Shown: piece by piece, positions 40,134 through 55,370 of the stretch
Position numbering within the stretch: position 1 is the first letter of the stretch
Layout of the letters: each line of letters starts with the position of its first letter
Assembly: GCA_951406725.2 (NCBI GenBank)
Contig: OX597834.1
Coordinates: 4,464,001-4,528,000, forward strand
DNA: 64,000 nt
Source: Octopus vulgaris
Lineage: Eukaryota
Reading direction: 5' to 3'
Made by a program: the position numbers and the translations under genes
Notes under the pieces: model-generated
The model's input: only the letters and a program-made list of their open reading frames with translations
Told to the model about the DNA's origin: nothing
The model's database searches: none

Positions 40134-40718
40134 GATAAATATATATATATAAATTTCTTTATAAAAGATATTAAACTATGTGAAACGAAGTAATTTCTCT
40201 TCCACTTTTTATGTTTTCCACATATTTTCAATTTATATACATATATCTACACACACACACACATATACATATATAATTTCCTTTGGGCGCTAACACTGGA
40301 GTTTACTTTATTAAACTCAACTGTGAGTGAGGCTACCAGATAGATGATAATCCAGCTCACGAAATTGATGTTCAATGAAGATATTGTAAATCAATGAAAT
40401 AAAAGGATTTGCTCACCCCATTCTCTTGCACTCATACATAGACATATTCTTACATTGAAGCGTACACCAATAAATAAACGTATTTACATATTGGATGGAC
40501 AATAAACGGACACGTATATACACGGAAATAAATTCGCCAATATACACCCAATGGAATATATACGAGAGCACAATTATGTTTTCACACTTTTATAAACCAT
40601 CAAATATATATTTACAAACACATTTTTATACGCATGGGTTTAGAACCAGTGTTGTCATCATGTCTAATTACGATTATAAATACTGTGGTAGATCATAATC
40701 AAGTTGCACATAGAACAA

Positions 40719-41030
40719 TGGAGGCGCGTGGCTTAGTGATTAGGGTATTAGTTCACGGTCGTGAGTTCGATTCCTGATGCCATGTTGTGTCCTTGAGCAA
40801 GACATTTTATTACACATTACTGGAGTTCACTCAGCTGGCAAAAATGAGTTGTACCAGTAATTCAAAGGGGGCCAGCTTTGTCACATTCTGTGTCATGCTG
40901 AATCTCCCTGAGAACTATGTTAAAGGTTTGCCTGCGGAGTGCTCGGCCGTTTGCACGTTAGATTTACGAGCAGGCTTTTCTGTTGATTGACTCAACTGGA
41001 ACCCTCGTCGACATAACCAACAGACTGTCC
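40719..41030 (+). mobile_element. SINE family A, older subfamily
   Basis: ggaggcgcgtggcttagtg head; gtgtccttgagcaagacatt block; family A 3' body. Confidence 0.8.
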
Positions 41031-41836
41031 CCAGTTAACTAAGTTAACATAGAACAGAGAATGTAAAATAGATCATAACTCAAGAGTATACCCAGTATAT
41101 ATCTTATAGACAATCAGCAATAACTCACATGATAGACATGTAATGAAACTTGGATAAAATAACATGAGAGAATATGAGACCAATCGTTGTCATAAAACGA
41201 AGTTGTGAATGCAAAGTTCAAAAGCATAGTTGTAAATACTAGGAAAGATAAAGAAATCCTAAGATAAACATGATTGATACTAATTAACAGTTAACATATG
41301 AACAGTCAAGTAGATAATAAAATTTAGAATTGTTGCATAATCAAAACTAGCTGAATAATTGATTAAGTAATTAGTTGAATGATGGGCAAAGCGAATGTAG
41401 CACTATTGAGTCGTAGCAATATGGAATCGTTGGTCGTAGATTCTATTAAAAATGTAAATGTCATCCATATCATTATTATTTGCAAGTGAATTTGAGATAA
41501 AGCTCAACACACTTGCTACAATATGGATGTTTGGTTTGCAAATAATTAGCAGATGATATGAGTTAATGAGTATAAGTTAATTACATTACATTAATCAATA
41601 GCAAAAAAAGAAAACGTTACGCATAGGTGAGGATAGGGGGATGAGACTTGTAAGTCGTATTTTAATGTTGTCCTAGCATATTGCTGACATTATTGCTACT
41701 TTTGTGCAGATTTATAGAGAAATTCGTACATGCCTATGACATATGGATACAAATCAATCTAAAGTATATAGATATTATTCGATACCATCGCGTATGTTAT
41801 GATTATTTTTATAGTTTTCAATATTAAGCATATTAA

Positions 41837-42040
41837 AGGCGGCGAAATTGCAGAATCGTTACCCTGCCGGGTAAAATGCTTAGCGGCATTTTGTTCGTCT
41901 TTACGTTCTGAGTTCAAATTCCACCTTTGCTTTTCATCCTTTTGCGATCGATAAAATAAATACCAGTTGAACAGTGGGGTCAATGTAATCGACTTATTCC
42001 CTCCACCGAACTTACTGGTCTTGTGGCCAAATTCGAATCC
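41837..42040 (+). mobile_element. SINE family C
   Basis: aaggcggcga..tgcagaatcgtta...gttctgagttcaaattcc. Confidence 0.8.
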
Positions 42041-42537
42041 AATATTAATTATATTTATTACCTTTATGCCTGCATTAAATTACAAGTTCACTCATTGTCT
42101 TTAATAAATTAAGATCTCAAGTGTTTCATGTGTACATGAGTGATAGACTTTTCTATTTCAGTGTACTTTGGCTGAATTTGATGTAGACCATACCAGAATA
42201 TAATCTATTATTTTTCGTTTTAAAAGAAATACATATAATCCACAAGAGGGGTCGAATTCTTAAGTTTAGTGTTTGAGTATGAGTATCGGTACGTATGATA
42301 ACGTTCATTAAAATACTGTTGCAATCCCTATGCAATATTTACATGCATTATGTATTTTTAATGTACACTTATAAAAGGTGGTTTATTCGCTGACATTTTA
42401 CTTCCAAGGGGCAATTATTTGCAGTCCTACAGTTACAGCTATAATTTATTATTGTTTATTGTTTATGAAACTGTTATGTGGTTCTAAGACTTGAATAGGT
42501 TTTAGACTTGTAGGAGAATTATTATTTACATTTTCTA

Positions 42538-42752
42538 AGGCGGCCAGCTGGCAGAGTCGTTAGCACACCGGGCAAAATGCTTAGCGGCATTTCATTCGTC
42601 TTCTCGTTCTGAGTTCAAATTCCGCCGATATCGACTTTGCCTTTCATCCTTTTTGGGACCGATAAAATAAGTACCTGTTGAGTACTCGGGCTCGATGTTA
42701 TCGACTTATCCCCTCTCCTGAACTTGCTGGCTTTGTGACAAAATTCGAAATC
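42538..42752 (+). mobile_element. SINE family C
   Basis: Head plus ctttgcctttcatcctt..gataaaataagtacc block. Confidence 0.85.
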
Positions 42753-43289
42753 AATATTAGTGTTACTTCTATTGTAATTAGAGAGCGAGTAATTATTACA
42801 ATGGTGGTTTAAATGTTCTATTATCGATGATTCATTCACGATAGTTATCTCAGCCCTGCTATATTACATTTTGTTTCGAATCTAAGATCGTCATATTACA
42901 TTTATTTAATGTTTTAGCAACAAGCTGAGCTTGATAAATTACTTTACAATAGTTACTGTCCCTGTTAAGTTTATGACTATTAAAGGTCGCTATACTAGCA
43001 AAGAAAGTTGTGGTAGTAGACTTCAGATAGATTTAAAGTAGACGAGCTAAAATGATAGGGGTATTTATATTGAGAAGCAAAGTTGTTTTCGAGAATTCTG
43101 TACAACTTACTTTTCGGTAAGTATGTTTTGATTTGTACGATGAATAGAGGATTATATCAGACAATGTTCTGCTTTCTGTTACTTCTATCATAAGAAATTA
43201 GTAAACCAGAGAAATCTCTCTCACACACACAAAACTCCCCCTTCTCCCTCTTCTTTCACGTATACATTTTCACTCGTATACGAGTGAAA

Positions 43290-43750
43290 AAATATATATT
43301 GAAGATAAAACAGATGTTTACATTTTTCATGGTTTGCTATTTGTCTAAATTTATTTAGGGTTTTAATTCTATTATAACTAATAGTCTTGTTTACTATTAA
43401 CATACATAATACTATTACTATCGGAAATATCTGGAAGCCTTCTTATATTATCTTTATATTTAGAAAATTCATTTGTACTTATTAGTGGACATACTGGTTC
43501 ATTGACATGCTGTTCATTATTTACGGGTGCTTTAGTTTGTTTAGGTCTGCATTTGGGGCCAGCCATTATAATTCTGAATTTGGAACTACGCAGGTTACTT
43601 TTCTTTGTTTGCTTATTCTCTTGTCCCTTGATTTTTGTTTATTCTGTACTATTTACAAGGGCCGTTGTGTTTCTAAAACTTATTGGAAATATGATTTATT
43701 ATGTCATACATAATTATGTAATTATTTAATTATTTAGTTGTATTAAGTGT
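43290..43750 (-). mobile_element. Decayed PLE RT N-terminal remnant
   Basis: KFRIIMAGPKCRP resembles the PLE RT motif FRPI.AGP.CP. Confidence 0.35.
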
Positions 43751-43961
43751 AATGATGCGTTAGAATTATTGAAGCAACTGTAGGAACTGAATATTTGGAT
43801 ATCATTATTGTTGTTTGACATACATACATATGCACATATATGCATATGTTTATACATATATACACACCTTCATATTTGTATATATATATATATATCCACA
43901 CACTTTTACATCTCTCTCTCTCTCTCTATCTATCTGTCTCTCTATATATATATACACATAC

Positions 43962-44005
<44 letters not shown>

Positions 44006-44059
44006 GCATACATACATACATACATACATACATACATACATACATACATTCATACATTG

Positions 44060-44146
<87 letters not shown>

Positions 44147-44721
44147 TTTACATATATTCTTCTTAATTTCTCTTCCAAGATATCAGACATTACTTTCTAA
44201 TAGTTTTCGTAGTTGTATTTCTTTTGGTTTCTTTTTCATAAAATCTTTACAGAATTCAGTTTTTTCCCCAATAGATTTTGCGATCCCAGTTCTCCTTGAA
44301 GATAAAAATTTGTTTGTGCAGTGTACAATTTTATCTTTTCTTCTTCCTTAGAGTCGCAGACATCCGACAGAGCAACCATCTATCAACTGAATACTTCAAA
44401 TAGTGGAGGAAATTTCATACTGTGTGACTGTATTCCTAGTTGGAAAGAAAAATAATTTATCTTCAGCTGATATATTTTCTTCTCATTATTCTGGACATCT
44501 TCCTTACGACATTGTATTTATTTTACAGATTGAATTATTGACATTACTTTTCGTCGACGCTGCGCATCACTAAATTCCCAGGATTCTACTGTTTATTCTA
44601 TCCGCTAATATTCAACTCATGTTTTCCATGGTCAATGAACAAGTTTGTAAAACCACTCGCGAAAAGTCGTCTTGTGTCCTACTGTAGTTTTGATGATTGT
44701 TTCGTTAGCTTGCAATAAAGA

Positions 44722-44930
44722 TTTCAAATTTTGGTACAGGACCAACAATTTTGGGGAAAGGGGTAAGTCGATTACATCAACCCCCAATGCTCAACTGGTC
44801 CTTATTTTATCAATTTTGAAAGGATGAAAAGCAAGTCGACCTCGACGGCATTTCAACTCTGTACGTAAAGACGGACGAAATGCCGCTAAGCATTTTGTCC
44901 GGCATGCTAAAGATTCTTCCGGCTCACCGT
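44722..44930 (-). mobile_element. SINE family C, diverged
   Basis: Reverse-complement match to family. Confidence 0.75.
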
Positions 44931-44977
44931 TTTGTTACCTTGTAGCAATTAGTTCAGCACCTGCTTTGGGTATATCC

Positions 44978-45627
44978 GATTTCTTTACTACCCACAAGGG
45001 GCTAAACACAGAGGGGACGAACAAGGACAGACAAACGGATTAAGTCGATTATATCGACCCCAGTGCGTAACTGGTACTTATTTAATCGACCCCGAAAGGA
45101 TGAAAAGGCAAAGTCGACCTCGGCGGAATTTGAACTCAGAACGTAACAGCAGACGAAATACCGCTAAGCATTTCACCCGGTGCGCTAACGCTTCTGCCAC
45201 TACTTAATACCTATTTCTTTACTACTCACAAGGGGCTAAACACAGAGGGGACGAACAAGGACAGACAAACGGATTAAGTCGATTATATCGACCCCAGTGC
45301 ATAACTGGTACTTATTTAATCGACCCGGAAAGGATGATAAAACAAAGTCGACCTCGGCGGAATTTGAACTCAGAACGTAGCGGCAGACGAAATACCTATT
45401 TCTTTACTACCCACAAGGGGCTAAACACAGAGAGGACGAACAAGGACAGACAAACGGATTAAGTCGATTATATCGACCCCAGTGCGTAACTGGTACTTAT
45501 TTAATCGATCCCGGAAGGATGATAAGCAAAGTCGACCTCGGCGGAATTTGAACTCAGAACGTAGTGGCAGACGAAATACCGCTAATAATTTCGCTCGGCG
45601 TGCTAACGATTCTGCCAGCTCGCCGCC
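44978..45627 (-). mobile_element. SINE family C trimer
   Basis: Three tandem bodies; 13-bp TSD tttgggtatatcc (44965-44977 / 45628-45640) flanks the whole array. Confidence 0.92.
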
Positions 45628-46093
45628 TTTGGGTATATCCTGGAAGAAGCAAGGGTCTAACATGATTTATAATCGATGTGTGTAATTCTATACAGAGATA
45701 TACTGAAACTGTATGTCGTTAGAGATTTATATTAGGTTAAACAATAAACTTAATTTTACATGTCTCATTCCGTTTAAGCTTTTGACTATTACTTATTACA
45801 TACTAATCTGCTAGATAGTGTGTAGTTTTTAACTTTAACCACAATGGAATTTAGAGGTGATGATTAACTTTAAAATCACGAGCTGATCGTTGTGATATTT
45901 ATAATTATTATCGGAATTGAGTGGCACTATAAATCCTCTTAAAAATCGGATAAATGTATTTTTTAAGTACTTAAGCTTATCATAGTTTCGGTGTATGTTA
46001 TAACTACTATAGTTTAGTTCACAGCATTTAAAAAAAACCCATAATTACCATAATTAACAAATGTCTTATTCTTATTATCCAAATGTATATCTT

Positions 46094-46505
46094 GGATCTT
46101 TTCTGTTTGAACGGCAGTTTTTTCTAGCGGTGTCATATGAAATTGTCACCCATAATTATGACCCTAGTATCGGTCTATTGCATTTCAATCTGTTTTAAGG
46201 TTACTGTTAGGGGTGGGGGGAAGGGTATCTTTTTTTCTTCACAAATGTAAATAAACCCAATCTGTTTCTTAAACGAGGGAATATTCATACGGTACAGAAT
46301 GTTTTTTTTTTTACCTCAATAGACGTCAGTGATTGGTTGAAATTGAAGAAAAAACCCAACAAATATCTTACAAACTATAGAATTTTCTCAATAAAGCCAA
46401 GAGAAAAAGATGTTTTATAAATACATTCTACCAGTATACAAAGTTTAAAATTTTTTTGTTACCTAGAAATTGTGTTAAAAACTGCCGTTCAAACCGAAAA
46501 GATCC
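46094..46505. mobile_element. MITE with about 28-bp TIRs
   Basis: ggatcttttctgtttgaacggcagtttt / aaaactgccgttcaaaccgaaaagatcc. Confidence 0.85.
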
Positions 46506-47156
46506 TATATTTTAACTAAAGTGAACGTCTGAAGCATACGTATGTTCTAATTTCACTTGCCTCTTGTTAATGTCTTTTGCCTCGTTGTGTCGTTGTATGT
46601 GCTTTAAAATGTTTTTTCCTATTTTCGTACATACCCTATATAGTTACCGACTCCCACCCAGCCACGTTTATTCCAGCTCACCCGCTTATATGAATTTAAG
46701 CAAATGTCCAACCCACCTGGTTATTCCAACCTCGCCTATTATTTGGGTAGATAAGAAGATAAGAATAATTTGAAAAATTACTGACTTTCATATATTTAGT
46801 GAATGAACTAGAATATGTAAAAAAATAGACAAATGAAAGAAAAGGTTAAGAAAGAATAATGCGAAAAGGAATAATACTTAAAATAGAATAAAATGGAAGA
46901 ATAACTTAATGGCTATCATTATCTAACTTCCTCAACAGGAAGTCATAAAACTGGAAAAAGATCTTTAAAAACAGGAAAAGAAATTATTGAATTTAGAATA
47001 TCCCACATAAAATCTGACACGGAAAGATTATATCTACGGGACTTTTGTCACTGTTATAAAATATTCACTGAAGAGCTAAAAAATACCCGGTATTCAAAAT
47101 CCTTAAAAGCATGAAGAAAACAAAACAATAAAGTCCCAAAGAATTTTTTGTTTTTT

Positions 47157-47555
47157 CTCATTTACTCTCATTTACTCATTTACTTGTTTCAGTCATTTGA
47201 CTGCGGCCATGCTGGAGCACCGCCTTTAGTCGAGCAACTCGACCCCGGGACTTATTCTTTTTGTAAGCCCAGTACTTATTCTATCGGTCTCTTTTTGCCG
47301 AACCGCTAAGCTACGGGGACGTAAACACACCAGCATCGGTTGTCAAGCAATGCTAGGGGAACAAATACAGACACATACACATATATATACATATATACGA
47401 CAGGCTTCTTTCAGTTTCCGTCTACCAAATCCACTCACAAGGCATTGGTCGGCCCGGGGCTATAGCAGAAGACACTTGCCCAAGATGCCACGCAGTGGGA
47501 CTGAACCCGGAACCATGTGGTTGGTTAGCAAGCTACTTACCACACAGCCACTCCT
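47157..47555 (-). mobile_element. SINE family B, near full length
   Basis: Reverse complement of 4759-5168. Confidence 0.9.
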
Positions 47556-48242
47556 GATTTAGCACTGAAGTAGCAAAATATTGTAGGGACTCACCAATAC
47601 GCATTGCGAATGAATAAAACCTAATATGTACTTGGAATTACAAGAAGTCCCTATATAACGAATTGCCGAGAAAACCCCATTGATAAATAAATAATTTGTA
47701 ATATTAGCTGTGACCGAGGAGACTGAAATTTGATTACGGCACAGAAACTACAAAAGTAGAATGCAAACAGAAAAACATTAAATTACCTGCAGACCAATTG
47801 GAGGTCGAGAAGAAGCATTTTACCAAATCGTGTCTAGTTGCATAGTCTTGAGTAAGAAAGGCGATGCTCGTAGGTATGAGAAAGTTCAAAAATTATACTA
47901 ATATTATAAAATACTTAAAGAAAAGAATGGATATAAATGGAGGCCAGAAAAATTTCAATATTTTGTAGTCAAATGACGCTTGTTTCTCTTAAGTTGTCAC
48001 GTGACCAATGTGACCTTCCGTAAATTATTTAGCCTTTTACGGATGAACGTAGCGATAAGCTGCTTTTCTCAGTGAGGCCAATTAACAAACAATCACGTGA
48101 TCATTATTGTGTTACTTTTTGTTGCAGAAAATTATCTTCACCTCATAGGGTCTATTGCCATTAACAGCCGACGAGAATGTATCGTAGCTCTTAGCTACGA
48201 CATTTGAAACTCCGAGTACTGTTATGGCAATTTATTATTCTA

Positions 48243-48286
<44 letters not shown>

Positions 48287-48404
48287 TAATATTAAGGGAT
48301 CAGCAAAAGAAATGCATCACCACATACCGAAGTTCAGAAATAGCAGCCAAAATCTAAGCCATTTCTTCTACTTAAAAAAGGTCTACTAGAGAAACCATAA
48401 TACT

Positions 48405-48572
48405 TGAATCTTATTCATCGAGGCAGAGGGTAACGTAACGAAAATCAATCAATATCCGATTATTCATAGACGCGCGTTTATTTAAAACCTGATTCCGAAA
48501 CGCGCGTCTATGGATAATCGGATATTGATTGATTTTCGTTACGTTACCCTCTGCCTCGATGAATAAGATTCA
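48405..48572. repeat. Near-perfect fold-back whose arms begin with (G)AAACGCGCGTC
   Basis: About 75-bp arms, about 18-nt spacer. Confidence 0.85.
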
Positions 48573-48817
48573 TTAACACTAAATTTTGCTTTTGGAGCAA
48601 AAGATGACATTACACATTTGACTATCATTAATGTTTATTGCAGAAATTTTTCTGCATCTCTCTCCTCACAAAATTCCTTTTAATCTCATTTACAAAAAAC
48701 TCGATTGTTTTAGCAAGTATTATATTTTTTTGTACCAAATGACTTCGCTTAGATCCTGCTTAATTTTGTATCATACGTAATGTTGTAAAGTCAGATTTTT
48801 CCCCATGCTTCTTCTTG

Positions 48818-49197
48818 AAGCACTCCGTCGGTTACGACGACGAGGGTTCCGGTTGATCCGAATCAACGGAACAGCCTGCTCGTGAAATTAACGTGTAAGT
48901 GGCTGAGCACTCCACAGACACGTGTACCCTTAACGTAGTTCTCGGGGATATTCAGCGTGACACAGAGAGTGACAAGGCCGGCCCTTTGAAATACAGGTAC
49001 AACAGAAACAGGAAGTAAGAGTGAGAGAAAGTTGTGGTGAAAGAGTACAGCAGGGATCACCACCACCCCCTGCAGGAGCCTCGTGGAGCTTTAGGTGTTT
49101 TCGCTCAATAAACACTCACAACGCCCGGTCTGGGAATCGAAACCGCGATCCTATGACCGCGAGTCCGCTGCCCTAACCACTGGGCCATTGCGCCTCC
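48818..49197 (-). mobile_element. SINE family A, full length
   Basis: TSD cccatgctt; near-identical to 4166-4533. Confidence 0.92.
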
Positions 49198-50211
49198 ATC
49201 CCATGCTTATACGTACTGAATTTCTAACGATCGCTGTCTATATGGATACTCTCCCAGTGAAACACTAATTTCTAATGAATTTAGTTTGGACCGACTTTAC
49301 CAATTTACACATATAATTATGAATCTGCTATTCCGATCATTTAGCACGCAACAACGAACATTTTATTTGTTTTCAAATGACAAAGCGACAACGTTCAGGG
49401 TTATGTCAAATCTCACAGACAGTATGATGAATCCTAATCAACCGGATGCTGTTGCCAAGGACAACTAAGAGCGGATGTGCTTCTCAACCGAAGATTCAAT
49501 TCCAATTGAACACAATGTATCTGTAAAGGAAATGAATAAATTCGTCTAAAATGAAGATCTGGAAGGGAAGATGTCTCTAAAAGAACTGGATGGATTGTAA
49601 AATCTAGGTATAAAAGTGTGTGTGTGGGATTCAAATAGAAACAGCCCTTCTAATAATAAACGTCTTGGCAATGGTTACAAATATGCCAAACATCGGGATT
49701 TACACCGAAATACTTGGAGAAAATAGCATAACTCATAGAAACACAAACAATAGAGGTCTTTGCTCATCTGCGCTCTGAGACACAAAATAAAATAAGATGA
49801 ATGGGGAAAAATTACAATCCAGCTTGGCTAAACGATGAAAATTGCTGGAAAGTCTGTTGGAAAGAAGACCAATTTCCTGTATTGACGAAATAGAAACTTC
49901 TGTAAACAAGGTTTTGGCTCAATAACACCGGGATTTCCTGTTTTTTAAAGATTTTTATGGAGAACAACGAAAGTTAAAATTTATTCATTGCATCAAAAAT
50001 GTACGTGTGTATTTGTGTGTATGTATGTGTATTACGTGTATGTGTATTATGTGTATGTATGTGTGTGTGTGTGTGTGCGTGTTAGTGTGTGTGCATGTAA
50101 GAGTTTGTGCCTGTATCAATTTAAGCAGTTACGGAGACTAGGAGAAATTTCCCTTGGAATATTTGTTTCTCACATATCCATCCGTCCGTCCGTCCGTCCA
50201 TCCGTCCGTCC

Positions 50212-50267
<56 letters not shown>

Positions 50268-50403
50268 ATCTGTCTATCAGTTCAAAACAAAACGTAGCTT
50301 GAGGTGTATATATAGTTGAATTGATATTGATGAGATGATACATACATACATACACATACATGCACACGCACGCACACACATACACGAAAATATATATACA
50401 TAC

Positions 50404-50470
<67 letters not shown>

Positions 50471-51307
50471 AATACTAATTGAACATATATAAATTACCTA
50501 TAAATTTTTATTTCATGCTGACTACCTGTTAAGAATCATTAACGTGATTCTATCCTTCTATTCTATCATGAATAAATAAAATAAAATAAAATAAAATAAA
50601 ATAAAATAATATTCTTACTCCTGATGAAAATCGCATTTCCTGCGGAGCAATTTTGATAATATATTCACTGAAGAGCTAATATAATCACGTGGTTGTCGTG
50701 AAAATGTATAAATCTGACTTATATTTGATCTATACGTGCAAATATTTGTATGTAGACGTGCGAGCTCGTTTTGTACGGGTATATATACTTATTTGTATGT
50801 ATATTTCTCGTGCATTGGTGTTGACCAAGGAAAAAAGCCTCTTTATGGTTTTCATCCAGAAACTGGACCCAATTCACGATTAATGTGAAGCTTTTTCTAG
50901 TATTACTTCACTCGCCCGACTACAACCTGTGTGTTTTTTTGGAGTTTTTCGGTAGTTTCTTAGGGCCACGCCTTTAATTTCAAGTATGCTGGAGACAGGT
51001 GTTTCGCCTTGCTGCCTTAATATAATTATATATATAATTATATATAATTTACAAGATAAGGGCAGAAGAAAAATTCTAATGCCAGATACGCCGAAACAAA
51101 AAATTTGTCGATAACCATTAAATTTATGCGTCTCGAAACAAACCGATAGAAATCTCTAAAAAATTCGTTATTACCGTATTGGTCCAATTTCGGGGTTAAT
51201 TCACAAGAAATTTTCCCCACTTCAGCGGCAAATACGCGAGATATGAATGAAATACTTATTCATACCCATGGAAGAAGCAAGCACCAAGTCTTGTAAATTA
51301 TGTATAA

Positions 51308-52092
<785 letters not shown>

Positions 52093-52094
<2 letters not shown>

Positions 52095-53052
52095 GAGAGC
52101 AAATAATGCAGATGTTGACAAAGCCCTGACCCATCAATGGCTAATGGCCTCTGGCTTAAAATCTGAAACAGAGGGGTTTATCATAGCAGCTCAAGATCAA
52201 TGCCTACCAACAAGAAACTACCAGGCCAACATATTAAAGATCAGAAGCAGTCCAACGTGTCGTGTATGCCAGCAACAAAATGAAACCATTGACCATGTGG
52301 TCTCCAAGTGCAGTCTTCTAGCGCCTACAGCGTATCTCAACAGACACGATAGAGCTGCACAATATATTCACTGGGTAATCTGCAAAAACCTGGATTTGCC
52401 CCATGAAAAAAACTGGTGGGAACACAAACCACCCCCAGTGCTTGAAAATGACCACATCTCACTCCTCTGGAACTTTACCATTCAAACTGACAGAAAGATA
52501 GATGCAAATAGGCAGACATCATATTGAAAGACTTCAAACAAAGAACATGCCTCTTCATTGATATGACTGTCCCAATCGATATAAACGTATCTGTCAGGAC
52601 CTACCAAAAACTGAGCAAATATAAAGATCTTGAAATAGAAATCAGCAAAATGTGGAAGCTGAAGACTAAAACAATACCTGTTGTCATAGGTGCCCTGGGA
52701 ATGATAGCAAAAGGGGCTGATAGCTACCTAACTCAGATACCAGGAAACCCAAAAATGGCAGAAATTCAAAAGATAGTGCTCATGGGAACTGCTCATATCC
52801 TACGAAAAATACTTTCTATGTAATCTCAAGGTTTAAAACAGACAATTTTCGGTTTAAAAAAAAAAACTTCTTTTAAATAAAAAAAAAATTTTTTTTTAGA
52901 CATTCATTAGTACAACACCAAAAACTCCCCCCACCCAAATATATGGCACACTAGGCATAACAACAACATGAACTTCCAACCTGTTGTCTCTTGAGGTCTC
53001 TGGGTGAGACTTGGAGCCAACTTGTACAAATATAAAGCAAAAGTCAAACATA

Positions 53053-53053
<1 letters not shown>
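52093..53053 (+). mobile_element. R4/Dong-clade LINE, 3' fragment with REL endonuclease, inserted in (TAA)n
   Basis: ETEGFIIAAQDQ, CCHC knuckle CRVC..ETIDHVVSKC, RHD, frameshifted NRPDI..IDMTVP..KY.DL, IPVVIGALG; (TAA)n on both sides. Confidence 0.92.
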
Positions 53054-53114
<61 letters not shown>

Positions 53115-53198
53115 TTAATATATAAATTACCTATTAATTTTTATTTCATGCTGGATACCTGATAAAAATTATTAACGTGATTTTATCTTTCTATCCTC

Positions 53199-53279
<81 letters not shown>

Positions 53280-54113
53280 ATATCAATACAGCTACCATCA
53301 ACACTCATTTGTTATCGATTTGTGAAACATCCGATCGGTTACCTTCAAATTACCACATTCTACAGATTAATGACTAATTGAATGATTTAAACCAAAAATG
53401 TCACTCCTTACAGCATACAGTATCCAAATAAAGAGCTGGTGTCGCTGTATATATCATCCTGTAGAACGATCACAAAATGCGCCAAATCTCTCTCTCTGCA
53501 CAGCGTGAACTTAAATTAACTGATGTACGATATGATGGCAAAATACCATGACCTGAACTGACCGTTAGAAGCATGAATGTCTGGGAAGCCATTTTGAATT
53601 TCTATTAAACACTCTCCTCACTCTTCGAGCTTCTGGTAAAGTCGACGTTCCAACGCTCCCCTTAATTGTAGAGTGTGAGTGTGTGCCTGAGTGTGTGTCT
53701 GTGTGTGTGTATGTGTGTGCATGCGCGTGTGAGTAAGTATGTTTGTATGAATACGCCTTTATACTGACATTGTGTGCGCTCCTAGAGTCTTCTGCTCAAA
53801 TGAATCTTTACCCATTCGCTTTCATCATCTTTATTTAGGTTTTATTTAATCTCATCTACTTTACCTAGTTTTGTCATTCGATTTGGTGTTTTGTTCATTC
53901 CGCCAGTTTCCTCTTAGTGTTGATGGCTTTGTATGTGTGTGAATGTACGCATCACTGCGTATGCGAGCATGCTTCAATGTGTTCATGTTTATACACCTGT
54001 GCCAGGTGTGCGAGCGTACGTACGTCGACAGTAATGGCCACTATTACCTCTTCAACCATTTCTACCACTTCTACCTTCACGGGCCGCAGTTCTTTTGCCA
54101 CCCCTAACATTCG

Positions 54114-54346
54114 TATTTCTTTATTGCCCACAAGGGGCTAAACATAGAGGGGACAAACAAGGACAGGCAAAGGGATTAAGACGATTACATCGACCCCAGT
54201 GCGTAACTGGTACTTAATTTATCGACCCCGAAGGGAGGAAAGGCAAAGTCGACCTCGGCGGAATTTGAACTCAGAACGTAACGGCAGACGAAATGCCACT
54301 AAGCATTTCGTCCGGCGTGCTAACGTTTCTGCCAGCTCGCCGCCTT
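54114..54346 (-). mobile_element. SINE family C monomer
   Basis: Full reverse-complement match to the 38962 unit. Confidence 0.9.
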
Positions 54347-54802
54347 AGAAAAAAAACCCTGAATACCTTTACAAGGATTGAACCTTTGTCCAAGGGGTAT
54401 ATGTGTTGCTGTGTCCAGTCTTTACCCACAAGACCATTAACATTCGTCCCATCTCATTCTCTCCCACAACCAACCTTATGTCATCATCAACACCAAACAC
54501 TTCACCATCAGCCAAATCGTCATCAGACTCTCCTCACTGACCGCCCATAAATCAACCACACCACAAACTACTTTCCCCTACTCCACCATCATCGACATCA
54601 TGTACACCTCCACTATTTCTACCACCACCTTCCTGAAAATACAGCTTAACAATCACCTTAACAATCCACCTGACAGTTCCATCGGTAGTCCAATCTTTCT
54701 GCCTAACTAGACGGGAAACACGAAAGTCCCAATCCGCCCCCGACGGGGCTATCGAGCGAAACAAGATATTATATGTCAGACTCACGGTTAAGGATTAAAC
54801 CA

Positions 54803-54832
54803 ACACACACACATATATATACATATATACAT

Positions 54833-54881
<49 letters not shown>

Positions 54882-54934
54882 AATATATGTATGTTATGTA
54901 TGTATGTATGTATGTATGTATGTATGTATGTATG

Positions 54935-54992
<58 letters not shown>

Positions 54993-55060
54993 TATATATA
55001 CACACAAACATATGTCTGTATTTATGTATGTAATTATATACATACACTACACACATATAT

Positions 55061-55096
<36 letters not shown>

Positions 55097-55370
55097 GATA
55101 TATATTTATATATACAGTATATATATATGTATATATATATATATTTATATATACATATATAAATTTACATGCATGCATATATACATAAATACACACAACT
55201 ATAAGCATGTATATATATATACACATATATGCATGTATATATATATATATATATATACATACCTACATACATATGCATGTATATAATATATATATAACTA
55301 TGTATCGAAGTACACACATATATATCTACACACATATATATATATCTACACATATATATCTACAAATATA
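54803..55370. repeat. Compound TA/CA/TATG microsatellite
   Basis: Direct reading. Confidence 0.9.

Noticed and set aside
50617-50705. CTGATGA / CTGAAGA cores (also near 47088 and 16831)
   Set aside because: No compatible stems with a downstream GAAA and NUH
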